From contig NZ_JAHVAA010000003.1 in assembly GCF_019264485.1 (NCBI RefSeq), positions 2,355-66,354 on the forward strand: DNA of 64,000 nucleotides. Direction: 5' to 3'. Below are positions 27,727-35,747 of this stretch, one piece after another. Every line of letters starts with the position of its first letter. Within the stretch, counting starts at the first letter, position 1. The notes beneath the pieces are model-generated. The model was given only the letters and a program-made list of their open reading frames with translations, did no database searches and was not told where the DNA came from. Made by a program: the position numbers and the translations under genes. The DNA is from Sediminibacterium sp. (lineage in GTDB: Bacteria > Bacteroidota > Bacteroidia > Chitinophagales > Chitinophagaceae).

Positions 27727-29226
27727 TTATTGACTAAGGGAAGACAGGAATTTTTCTGCGTGATTCAGGTGCTCCTGTTTTTTTTCATCTTTTAGTTTAT
27801 CAAAAGTTTTTACCAGCATACCCAGTCTTGGATTGCCAAGAAAAAAATGACGATGCACATGCATAAACCGCCAGAATAAACCATCCCATACCTGTTGCCA
27901 GTTTCCTTTTTCGTAATCACTCATTTTCATGATATAGTTACTGCCGCTGATATAGGGTTTGGTCGTCATTAGTCCCCCATCTGCAAACTGAGTCATCCCA
28001 TATACATTGGGAACCATCACCCAGTCATAAGCATCTACAAACATTTCCATGAACCAACGATATACTTCATCCGGATCAAATTCGCAGAGCAACATAAAAT
28101 TTCCCAATACCATCAGCCTTTCTATATGATGTGCATAGCCGCTTTGCAATACACGTTTGATGACAGTATCAACCGGTACAATACCTGTGGTGCCTGTCCA
28201 GAAGGAAGCGGGTATTTTTCTCTTAAAACCCCAGTAATTGCGTGTTCTTTGTGTAATATTTTCACGCTCATATACAGCCCTGATAAATTCGCGCCAACCC
28301 AGAACCTGTCTGGTAAATCCTTCCAGCGAGTTGAGCGGAATTTTTTGCTGTTTGGCAGCTTCCAATGCCCCCTCAATAATTGTGTTCGGATTCAATATGC
28401 CGATGTTCAGCATAGGGCTAAGTACGCTGTGGTGTAAAATGGAAGCCTCTTTTACCATGGCATCTTCATACGGACCGAATAAGGCAAATCTTTCCTGCAA
28501 AAAACGGTTCAGCCAGTTTTCTGCTTCCTGGTGTGTAACAGGATAAAAATGCGGATGTTTTCCAAAAGGATTTCCTGCCTTACCCGGGTTCTCAGGAAAA
28601 TGTTGCTGAACATAATCTATAGCTTCTGTTACATATTTATTCTGTGAAGGAAAAGGCTGATTGGGCTCAGGCTCATTTTTTGGAAATTTCTCTCTGTTAT
28701 CTGTGTCAAACGTCCACCTGCCACCCAATGGCTCATTCTCATCAGTGAGCAGTATGTTTCTTTGTTTTCTTTGCGAGGTATAAAAATCTGTCTGGAAATA
28801 ACGTTTTTTACCTGAGAAATACTGGTTTATTTCTTCGGATGTATTGATGAAGTTCGGATTACCGTACAAGTACAGGCTGATGTTATTTTTACTGCATGTT
28901 TTCTGCAATCTTTTCAGTAGCCATTCATCGGTTGGGTTGGCTACATGTATTTGCTGAACCCCTTTTTTTGCCAGAACGGTTATGAGGTGTCTGATATCGC
29001 AGACTGGTTTTACTGCATCAGCATATTCTACGGTGAAACCTTCTGCCAGTAGCCGACTGGCATATGCTTTCATGGAAGCCCGGTGTAAAATGAGTTTTTG
29101 TTTATGAAATGCATATTGATTGAAGAATAAAGTTTCCTCCACCAGCCATACCACCCTTTTTTTAGTCAGTGCCGGATGTGCTGTAAATAGCTGGTGCGGA
29201 AATATAATTGCAACTTCTTGGCTCAT
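27727..29226 (-). CDS. cryptochrome/photolyase family protein (COG3046 / FeS-BCP-related, probable (6-4) photolyase-like)
   Basis: 'GWREFIRAVY', 'YAHHIERLMVLGNF', 'DAYDWVMVPNVYGMTQFADGG' and 'KPYISGSNYIMKMSDY'. Confidence 0.75.
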   Translation of the reverse strand: MSQEVAIIFPHQLFTAHPALTKKRVVWLVEETLFFNQYAFHKQKLILHRASMKAYASRLLAEGFTVEYADAVKPVCDIRHLITVLAKKGVQQIHVANPTDEWLLKRLQKTCSKNNISLYLYGNPNFINTSEEINQYFSGKKRYFQTDFYTSQRKQRNILLTDENEPLGGRWTFDTDNREKFPKNEPEPNQPFPSQNKYVTEAIDYVQQHFPENPGKAGNPFGKHPHFYPVTHQEAENWLNRFLQERFALFGPYEDAMVKEASILHHSVLSPMLNIGILNPNTIIEGALEAAKQQKIPLNSLEGFTRQVLGWREFIRAVYERENITQRTRNYWGFKRKIPASFWTGTTGIVPVDTVIKRVLQSGYAHHIERLMVLGNFMLLCEFDPDEVYRWFMEMFVDAYDWVMVPNVYGMTQFADGGLMTTKPYISGSNYIMKMSDYEKGNWQQVWDGLFWRFMHVHRHFFLGNPRLGMLVKTFDKLKDEKKQEHLNHAEKFLSSLSQ

Positions 29227-29284
29227 GATGATTTTCTAAAACAAAACGGGCCGCTTATTGTTTATATGCGTATAAAATGATGTT

Positions 29285-29998
29285 ATGGAATCGCTTAAAG
29301 GGAAAAAAGTATTACTCATAGGGGCAACCGGAGGTATAGGCGCCAGTCTGGCAAAATTATTACATGGGTCAGGAGCAAATGTTTATATAACAGGACGTAA
29401 TGCCGAGAAACTTTCTGTAGCCGGCGAACAGACGGGCATTCCGGCAGGCCGGCAGTTTCAACTTGATATCACACATGAGTCATCAGTGTACGAAACAGTT
29501 GCTGCAGTTCAGCAGGATGGTGCAATTGATATACTGATCAATGCAGCGGGTATTGGTATCATTAAAACCATTGATACACTTACTACAGATGATTTTTTGA
29601 AAACCCTGCAGGTAAACCTGATCGGTAGTTTCTGGGTAACCAAAGCAGTATTACCGGCCATGAAAGAAACAAAAAAAGGGTTAATCATTCATATACCCGG
29701 GGTGCTTGGTAAAGTGCCCATGGCAGGTGCCGCTGCATACAGTGCCAGTAAATATGGACTCGTGGGTATGATGCAAAGTATAAGGGAGGAACTGAAGCGA
29801 ACAGAAATTCGTATTACGAATCTTTTTTTAGGGGGTGTGGATAGTTCTTTCTGGGACAATATCGACCTGCGTGTGCAACGCGATAAAATGGTGCAGGCAG
29901 AAGAAGCTGCCAAAGCCATCTGGTTTCTCTGCCAACAGCCGGTAAGTGGGGTGGTGAGTGAAATGGTGTTGCAGCCTTTCAATCATCAGGCGATATAA
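29285..29998 (+). CDS. SDR family oxidoreductase
   Basis: 'GATGGIGASLA' Rossmann motif, 'NAAGIG', and catalytic 'YSASKYGL'. Confidence 0.85.
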   Translation: MESLKGKKVLLIGATGGIGASLAKLLHGSGANVYITGRNAEKLSVAGEQTGIPAGRQFQLDITHESSVYETVAAVQQDGAIDILINAAGIGIIKTIDTLTTDDFLKTLQVNLIGSFWVTKAVLPAMKETKKGLIIHIPGVLGKVPMAGAAAYSASKYGLVGMMQSIREELKRTEIRITNLFLGGVDSSFWDNIDLRVQRDKMVQAEEAAKAIWFLCQQPVSGVVSEMVLQPFNHQAI

Positions 29999-30080
29999 AT
30001 AGAAATTTCACCCCGCTCCTGTAAAATCTTTTTTTTGAACGTTTCTGTACCGATATTCGCACTACGAACGAACGTTAGCA

Positions 30081-31268
30081 ATGAATATCTCCTTCGACAA
30101 TACAGAAAATGCTTTTGCTTATAAGTCAAGCAAAGAACTGAAAAGTGCCAAATTTCTCTTCAGTACCATGGGTTACCCCTGGTTTGTGCAGTTAGGTACC
30201 AGGTTAACACCTTTTATCATGAAAACCGGGTTGCCTGTACATGGTATTATCCGTAAAACCATTTTTAAACAATTTGTAGGAGGAGAAACACTGGCAGAAA
30301 CAGCAGGTGTTGGTGCCGTTTTAGGAAAGTATGGCGTACAGGTAATTCTCGATTATGGTGTAGAAGGAAAAGAAGGCGAGGACAGTTTTGATCATGCTAC
30401 AGAAGAGTTTATCCGTGTCATTAACTATGCAGCCACACAAAAAAACATTCCTTTTATCAGCATAAAAGTTACAGGACTGGCACGTTTTGCTTTGCTTCAG
30501 ACTTTAAATGAAGCACCACGTTTGCGCAGCGGTATCCACGATCATGAAATGGAAGTAGATGAATGGGATCGTGTTCGTGAAAGAATGTACACCATTTGTG
30601 AAGTAGCCGCTGAAAAAGGAGTAGGGGTTTTGATAGATGCGGAAGAAAGCTGGATTCAGGATCCTATCGACAGGCTCACCATGGAAATGATGGAGCTGTT
30701 TAATAAGGGAAAAGTAGTGGTGTATAATACCATTCAATTGTATCGTCACGACCGTTTGCATTTCCTGAAATTATCGCACCAGATTGCGCAGCAAAAAGGA
30801 TTTCTGCTGGGTGTGAAACTGGTGCGAGGGGCTTATATGGAAAAAGAAAGGGCCAGGGCCAGAGAAATGGGCTATCCTTCCCCCATCCAACCTGATAAAG
30901 CTGCTTCAGACAGGGATTATGATCTGGCTGTGCGTTATGCCCTTGAACATATCGATCAGTTGGCTGTCATCATTGCTTCGCACAATGAAGAAAGTAACCT
31001 GCTGGCGGCTCAGTTACTCGATCAGAAAGGACTGGCGCATAATCATCCGCATATTCATTTCTCGCAGTTATTTGGCATGAGTGACAATATTACCTTTAAC
31101 CTGGCCAAAGAAGGGTTTAGCGTAAGTAAATACCTGCCTTTTGGGCCCATTCGCGATGTAATTCCATACCTGATGCGCAGGGCGCAGGAAAACAGCAGTG
31201 TGAGCGGACAAACCGGCCGTGAACTTGCGCTGATAAAACGTGAACTGGAAAGAAGAAAATCAGCCTAA
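30081..31268 (+). CDS. proline dehydrogenase (monofunctional PRODH)
   Basis: 'GVKLVRGAYMEKERARA', 'IASHNEES', 'FSQLFGMSD' and 'YLMRRAQEN'. Confidence 0.85.
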   Translation: MNISFDNTENAFAYKSSKELKSAKFLFSTMGYPWFVQLGTRLTPFIMKTGLPVHGIIRKTIFKQFVGGETLAETAGVGAVLGKYGVQVILDYGVEGKEGEDSFDHATEEFIRVINYAATQKNIPFISIKVTGLARFALLQTLNEAPRLRSGIHDHEMEVDEWDRVRERMYTICEVAAEKGVGVLIDAEESWIQDPIDRLTMEMMELFNKGKVVVYNTIQLYRHDRLHFLKLSHQIAQQKGFLLGVKLVRGAYMEKERARAREMGYPSPIQPDKAASDRDYDLAVRYALEHIDQLAVIIASHNEESNLLAAQLLDQKGLAHNHPHIHFSQLFGMSDNITFNLAKEGFSVSKYLPFGPIRDVIPYLMRRAQENSSVSGQTGRELALIKRELERRKSA

Positions 31269-31337
31269 AAATTCACAGCTTCTCAACATTCTCAAGCCGG
31301 TGCTGTAACATCGGCCCGAGTGGCGTATTTTGCGCCC

Positions 31338-32132
31338 ATGCAGCAATATCATCAGCTTCTTCAGCATATTTTAGATCACGGGGTACAAAAAACCGATCGT
31401 ACTGGTACCGGCACCATCAGTTGTTTTGGTTACCAGATGCGTTTCGATCTGCAAAAAGGATTTCCACTGGTTACCACCAAAAAACTGCACCTGAAAAGTA
31501 TAGCCTACGAACTACTCTGGTTTCTGAAAGGCGAAACCAATATTCAATACCTCACCGATCATGGTGTAAGTATCTGGAACGAATGGGCCGATGAAAATGG
31601 AGAGTTGGGTCCGGTATATGGCAAACAATGGCGCAGTTGGGAAGGGGCCAATGGAGAAACCATCGACCAGATTACCGATCTTATCGAACAGATCAAAAAA
31701 AATCCCGACAGCCGTCGGCTTATTGTCAGTGCCTGGAATGTGGCAGAACTGCCGAAAATGGCATTGATGCCCTGTCATAGCCTGTTCCAGTTTTATGTGG
31801 CGGATGGTAAACTCAGTTGCCAGTTATACCAACGCAGTGCAGATGTATTTCTGGGTGTTCCTTTCAATATTGCTTCCTATGCATTACTTACTATGATGGT
31901 GGCGCAGGTATGCGGATTAGCCTATGGTGATTTTGTACATAGTTTTGGGGATGTGCATTTATACAACAACCACATTGAACAGGCCAGACTGCAACTCAGC
32001 AGAACACCATTTCCACTTCCGACCATGAAGATTAACCCGGATGTAAAAGATATTTTCAGTTTTCAGTTCGAAGATTTTACCCTCGAAAATTACCAGTGCC
32101 ATCCGCATATTAAAGCACCGGTAGCGGTTTAA
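31338..32132 (+). CDS. thyA: thymidylate synthase
   Basis: 'DRTGTGTIS', '[12 protein letters not shown]' and '[21 protein letters not shown]'. ATG at 31338. Confidence 0.95.
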   Translation: MQQYHQLLQHILDHGVQKTDRTGTGTISCFGYQMRFDLQKGFPLVTTKKLHLKSIAYELLWFLKGETNIQYLTDHGVSIWNEWADENGELGPVYGKQWRSWEGANGETIDQITDLIEQIKKNPDSRRLIVSAWNVAELPKMALMPCHSLFQFYVADGKLSCQLYQRSADVFLGVPFNIASYALLTMMVAQVCGLAYGDFVHSFGDVHLYNNHIEQARLQLSRTPFPLPTMKINPDVKDIFSFQFEDFTLENYQCHPHIKAPVAV

Positions 32133-32223
32133 GAAACAGAGAAATAAGAAATATGAAATAAAGAATGAGAAAGGAGGAGAAGTCAAGAATTAAATCAGAC
32201 ATCAGCCATCAGACATCAGCCAT
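32131..32223. repeat. two unpaired heptamer arrays between thyA and folA
   Basis: A purine-rich array (gaaataa gaaatat gaaataa agaatga gaaagga...) is followed by cagacat cagccat cagacat cagccat (32196..32223). Confidence 0.75.
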
Positions 32224-32233
32224 TAAAAGCCCC

Positions 32234-32241
32234 TATCTTTG
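32234..32241 (+). promoter_or_regulatory. candidate -7 box (TATCTTTG) 3 nt upstream of the folA ATG
   Basis: Matches TAnnTTTG. The 3-nt gap to the ATG suggests a leaderless mRNA. Confidence 0.4.
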
Positions 32242-32244
32242 ACT

Positions 32245-32739
32245 ATGCTCATTTCTCTCATTGTTGCAGCGGGAACGAATAATGCCATTGGTAAGGATAA
32301 CCAGTTGTTATGGCACCTGCCTAAGGACTTACAGTTTTTTAAAAAAACAACCTGGGCCATGCCTGTGATTATGGGGCGTAAAACATTTGAATCACTATCT
32401 GGTAAACCTTTGCAGGGTCGTTTAAATATTATCATCACCCGACAGAAGGACTGGCAGCCGGAAGGTGTTACGGTGGTAAACTCGTTGCGTGATGCTTTAT
32501 TTGTAGCCGCGTCTGCAGACTATAAGGAAGTATTTGTTGCTGGAGGCGGGGAGATATATAAAGAGGCAATGGGGCAGGCTGATAAAGTGTATCTCACAAG
32601 GGTACAAACAGCTCCGGATGCAGATACTTTTTTTCCTGAACTGTCGCCAGATGAATGGCAACTGGTAGCTGATGAAACTTTTCCAAAGAACGAAAAACAT
32701 GCTTACCCATACAGCTTCCAGTTATGGACGCGCAGGTAA
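32245..32739 (+). CDS. folA: dihydrofolate reductase
   Basis: 'ISLIVAAGTNNAIGKDNQLLWHLPKDLQFFKKTT...VIMGRKTFESL'. Confidence 0.95.
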   Translation: MLISLIVAAGTNNAIGKDNQLLWHLPKDLQFFKKTTWAMPVIMGRKTFESLSGKPLQGRLNIIITRQKDWQPEGVTVVNSLRDALFVAASADYKEVFVAGGGEIYKEAMGQADKVYLTRVQTAPDADTFFPELSPDEWQLVADETFPKNEKHAYPYSFQLWTRR

Positions 32740-32749
32740 ACTTCCTTCT

Positions 32750-33238
32750 ATGGCATTTATAGAACCAGCATTTGCTTTTACTGTTCCATTCTTATTGTTG
32801 TTTTCCTGGCTGGGTTACCGCTCGTATAAACGGTATGCGAAAGCATTATTAGCAGCCACCAATCTTATTTTTATTTTGTATTCGATTTTCCTGATCAAAC
32901 AGTTGATTGATTTGGCAAGGTTAGGTCAGGAACTGATGCGGCAGACAGGTATAAAACCAGAAGACCTTCCACCTTTTGAACCCGATGCTTATTTTTACAG
33001 ACTTACAATACTGATATTATTGCCCTGGTTGTTTTTGATACGACGGGTTCGAAATACTCCCTGGTTATCGATCATTATTCTTATTGTGATTGCTGCAGGA
33101 GGAACAGGCTCATGGAATTACTTTGATCTTATTTTCAAAGTTCTCCATTACGGTAGCCTGCTTTGTGCTGTGTATGCATTACTTTGGCTACTAAAAGAAT
33201 TACCCTTTCAAAGAAGAAACCGAAAGCTGTTTAAATAA
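32750..33238 (+). CDS. hypothetical integral membrane protein
   Basis: About 4 hydrophobic segments and no recognisable motif. ATG at 32750, just after the folA stop. Confidence 0.5.
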   Translation: MAFIEPAFAFTVPFLLLFSWLGYRSYKRYAKALLAATNLIFILYSIFLIKQLIDLARLGQELMRQTGIKPEDLPPFEPDAYFYRLTILILLPWLFLIRRVRNTPWLSIIILIVIAAGGTGSWNYFDLIFKVLHYGSLLCAVYALLWLLKELPFQRRNRKLFK

Positions 33239-33247
33239 TTGAATTGC

Positions 33248-34030
33248 ATGTATTCACCGGTTAAGATGGTAGTCAAATATGTGAGGTATTATATCACGGC
33301 ATCTAATGGAAAAGGCCATGGTGTTCATTCTCCTTTTGTATTTGATTTTATTGAGCGTGTATTAAATGATGACAGACAGTTTTATGCATATAAACAAATA
33401 GAAAACCTCCGGCAATTATTACTCAATAATCAGCGAACACTTGAAATAGATTTCCCGAAAAATGCATCTGCATCCGGTAAAGTAGCTGTAATAGCGCGCT
33501 CCGCTTTGATGCCTGTAAAGTTCGGCCAACTTTTATTTCGAATGGTTGACAGATATGCGCCTTCACAAATACTGGAGCTTGGAACATCACTCGGAATAAC
33601 AAGCAGTTACATGGCCATGGCCAATGAGAATGCTTCCGTTACTACCATGGAAGGATCGAAAGCACTCGCAAATAGTGCCAGGGAGCAGTTTAAAAAATTA
33701 GGTATCAGGAATTGCAGGCTGATGGAAGGTAATATTGATGAAATATTACCTGTATGGCTAAAGGAAGGCAGAGAACCTGATATGGTATTGATTGATGCAA
33801 GCCATTTTTATGCCCCAACAATGTATTATTTCAGGCAATTACTCGAACATATCAATGATAGTAGCATCCTTATTTTTACCGGAATCCACAAAAGTGCCGA
33901 AATGGAGCAGGCATGGAGGGAAATACAGAAGGATGAAGCTGTTACACTTTCTATTGATTTGTTTTTTATTGGGATCATTTTTTTCAGAAAAGAGTTCCGT
34001 ACCAAACAACATATCACCATCCGCTTCTAA
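33248..34030 (+). CDS. class I SAM-dependent methyltransferase (O-methyltransferase-like)
   Basis: 'ILELGTSLGITSSYMA' motif I and 'VLIDASH'. Confidence 0.6.
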   Translation: MYSPVKMVVKYVRYYITASNGKGHGVHSPFVFDFIERVLNDDRQFYAYKQIENLRQLLLNNQRTLEIDFPKNASASGKVAVIARSALMPVKFGQLLFRMVDRYAPSQILELGTSLGITSSYMAMANENASVTTMEGSKALANSAREQFKKLGIRNCRLMEGNIDEILPVWLKEGREPDMVLIDASHFYAPTMYYFRQLLEHINDSSILIFTGIHKSAEMEQAWREIQKDEAVTLSIDLFFIGIIFFRKEFRTKQHITIRF

Positions 34031-34182
34031 CTCCTCTCTCGGCTAAAGCTCCCCGTCTCATGTTCTCGTCGGTGAACCTGTAAAATGGGTAAAAAAATCG
34101 CCACTATCCCATCCCACCCCAATTATACCGATTGCACAAAGAAACCCTTGCCCCCTTAGAAAAAAACACCTAAATTGAAACC

Positions 34183-35301
34183 ATGATTCTTGGTATACTA
34201 AGTGAAAGAAATACAGACAAAAGAGTATCGCTCTTACCGGAACAGGCAGACGCACTGGTTAAAAAGAATGTAGCGGTATGGATGGAGAAAGGCGCAGGTG
34301 AAAATGCATTTGCAGCCGATACTGTTTATACAGACAAGCAGGTTGTTTTACAGGATCGTAATACGATCTTATCACAGAGCGATTTGCTGCTTTGTATTCA
34401 TCCGCTGTCAGCAGCAGAAATCAGTTTATTAAAACCCGGTCAGGTAATAGTAGGGGTGTTTCAACCCTTATTCAATATTACACTGATGCAGGAGCTGGCT
34501 GCAAAACAGGTAACATTATTCAGCCTCGATTTAATTCCACGTACCACCCGTGCACAAAGTATGGATGTGTTGAGCAGTCAGGCGAATATTGCAGGATACA
34601 GGGCCGTATTACTGGCAGCTACATTATTCCCCCGTTATTTCCCCATGTTTATGACGGCTGCAGGTAGTATACCTCCTGCAAAAGTATTAATCATCGGTGC
34701 CGGTGTAGCAGGTTTGCAAGCCATAGCAACGGCACGTAGACTGGGTGCAGTAGTGGAAGTGTCTGATACAAGACCTGCTGTAAAAGAAGAAGTGATGAGT
34801 CTGGGTGCGAAATTTATTGAAGTAGAAGGAGCCGCCGATGCATCAAAAGCAGGTGGTTATGCAGTGGAACAGTCAGAAGAGTTCAAACAAAGACAACAAC
34901 AAAGACTGGCAGAATCGGTGGCCAAATCTGATATCATTATCACCACTGCACAGATACCCGGTAAAAAAGCACCATTGCTGGTTACCGAATCTATGTTGAA
35001 CAGTATGAAACCTGGTAGTGTAATTATTGATCTTGCTGCTTCAACAGGCGGAAATGTATTTGCTACAAAAAATAATGAAACCATTGTTCATAACGGAGTA
35101 ACCATCATGGGTAACAGTAACCTGGCAGCCGATATGCCATGGGATGCCAGTAAACTATACGGAAAAAACGTACTCAACTTCCTGCAACTCATCATTGACA
35201 AAGAGGCGCAACTAAACCTCAACTTTGAAGATGACCTGGTGAAAGGATGCTGTATTACACATGGAGGAGAACTGGTGCATGAGAGGGTGAAGAAAGCGTG
35301 A
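34183..35301 (+). CDS. pntA: NAD(P) transhydrogenase subunit alpha, part 1
   Basis: 'VLIIGAGVAGLQAIATARRLGA' NAD-binding motif and an alanine dehydrogenase/PNT fold pattern. Confidence 0.9.
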   Translation: MILGILSERNTDKRVSLLPEQADALVKKNVAVWMEKGAGENAFAADTVYTDKQVVLQDRNTILSQSDLLLCIHPLSAAEISLLKPGQVIVGVFQPLFNITLMQELAAKQVTLFSLDLIPRTTRAQSMDVLSSQANIAGYRAVLLAATLFPRYFPMFMTAAGSIPPAKVLIIGAGVAGLQAIATARRLGAVVEVSDTRPAVKEEVMSLGAKFIEVEGAADASKAGGYAVEQSEEFKQRQQQRLAESVAKSDIIITTAQIPGKKAPLLVTESMLNSMKPGSVIIDLAASTGGNVFATKNNETIVHNGVTIMGNSNLAADMPWDASKLYGKNVLNFLQLIIDKEAQLNLNFEDDLVKGCCITHGGELVHERVKKA

Positions 35302-35362
35302 ATAGTCAGTAGTGAGTAGTGAGTAGAATATTTTGAATACTCACTATTCACTACTCACTATA
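35298..35362. repeat. heptamer-hairpin element (TRGTGAR family), copy 1
   Basis: The left arm gtgaatagtcagtagtgagtagtgagta overlaps the pntAA stop. The right arm is tactcactattcactactcactata. Confidence 0.85.
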
Positions 35363-35402
35363 CTGGTTGCCGATAAAAAAATCTATCTAAACTAACATAC
35401 AA

Positions 35403-35711
35403 ATGGAAGCCGTTTTAAACTGGATACAGGCGCATATCGAAATTATCTACATCGTACTCCTGTCAATTTTTTTAGGAATTGAAGTGATTGGACGTGTGCC
35501 GAGTGTATTACATACGCCGCTTATGAGTGGTGCCAATGCCATTCATGGAGTGGTAATTATTGGAGCCATTATTGTGATGGGGAAGGTAGAGCCGGGTAAT
35601 TATATTGCACTTGTAATCGGCTTTTTGGCGGTAGTACTTGGCACACTCAATGTGGTGGGCGGATTTGTAGTGACCGACCGGATGCTTGAAATGTTTAAAA
35701 AGAAAAAATAG
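35403..35711 (+). CDS. pntA: NAD(P) transhydrogenase subunit alpha, part 2 (membrane)
   Basis: 102 aa with 3 TM segments, located between pntAA and pntB. Confidence 0.85.
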   Translation: MEAVLNWIQAHIEIIYIVLLSIFLGIEVIGRVPSVLHTPLMSGANAIHGVVIIGAIIVMGKVEPGNYIALVIGFLAVVLGTLNVVGGFVVTDRMLEMFKKKK

Positions 35712-35747
35712 TATATCGCTCCCGAACAGGGATTGAAAAAAATAAGT

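Noticed and set aside
32196-32223. Possible CRISPR-like arrays (this and the other tandem short repeats).
   Set aside because: The units are only 7-8 nt and directly abutting, with no spacers. No cas genes are present. These are simple tandem repeats or hairpin arms.
32672-32749. Upstream extension of the membrane-protein ORF, overlapping the folA 3' end.
   Set aside because: The extension is out of frame within folA and hydrophilic. ATG 32750, right after the folA stop, gives a sensible membrane-protein N-terminus.
34058-34255. 65-aa minus-strand ORF upstream of pntAA.
   Set aside because: It overlaps the pntAA start and its promoter region, has no motif, and has an implausible composition.
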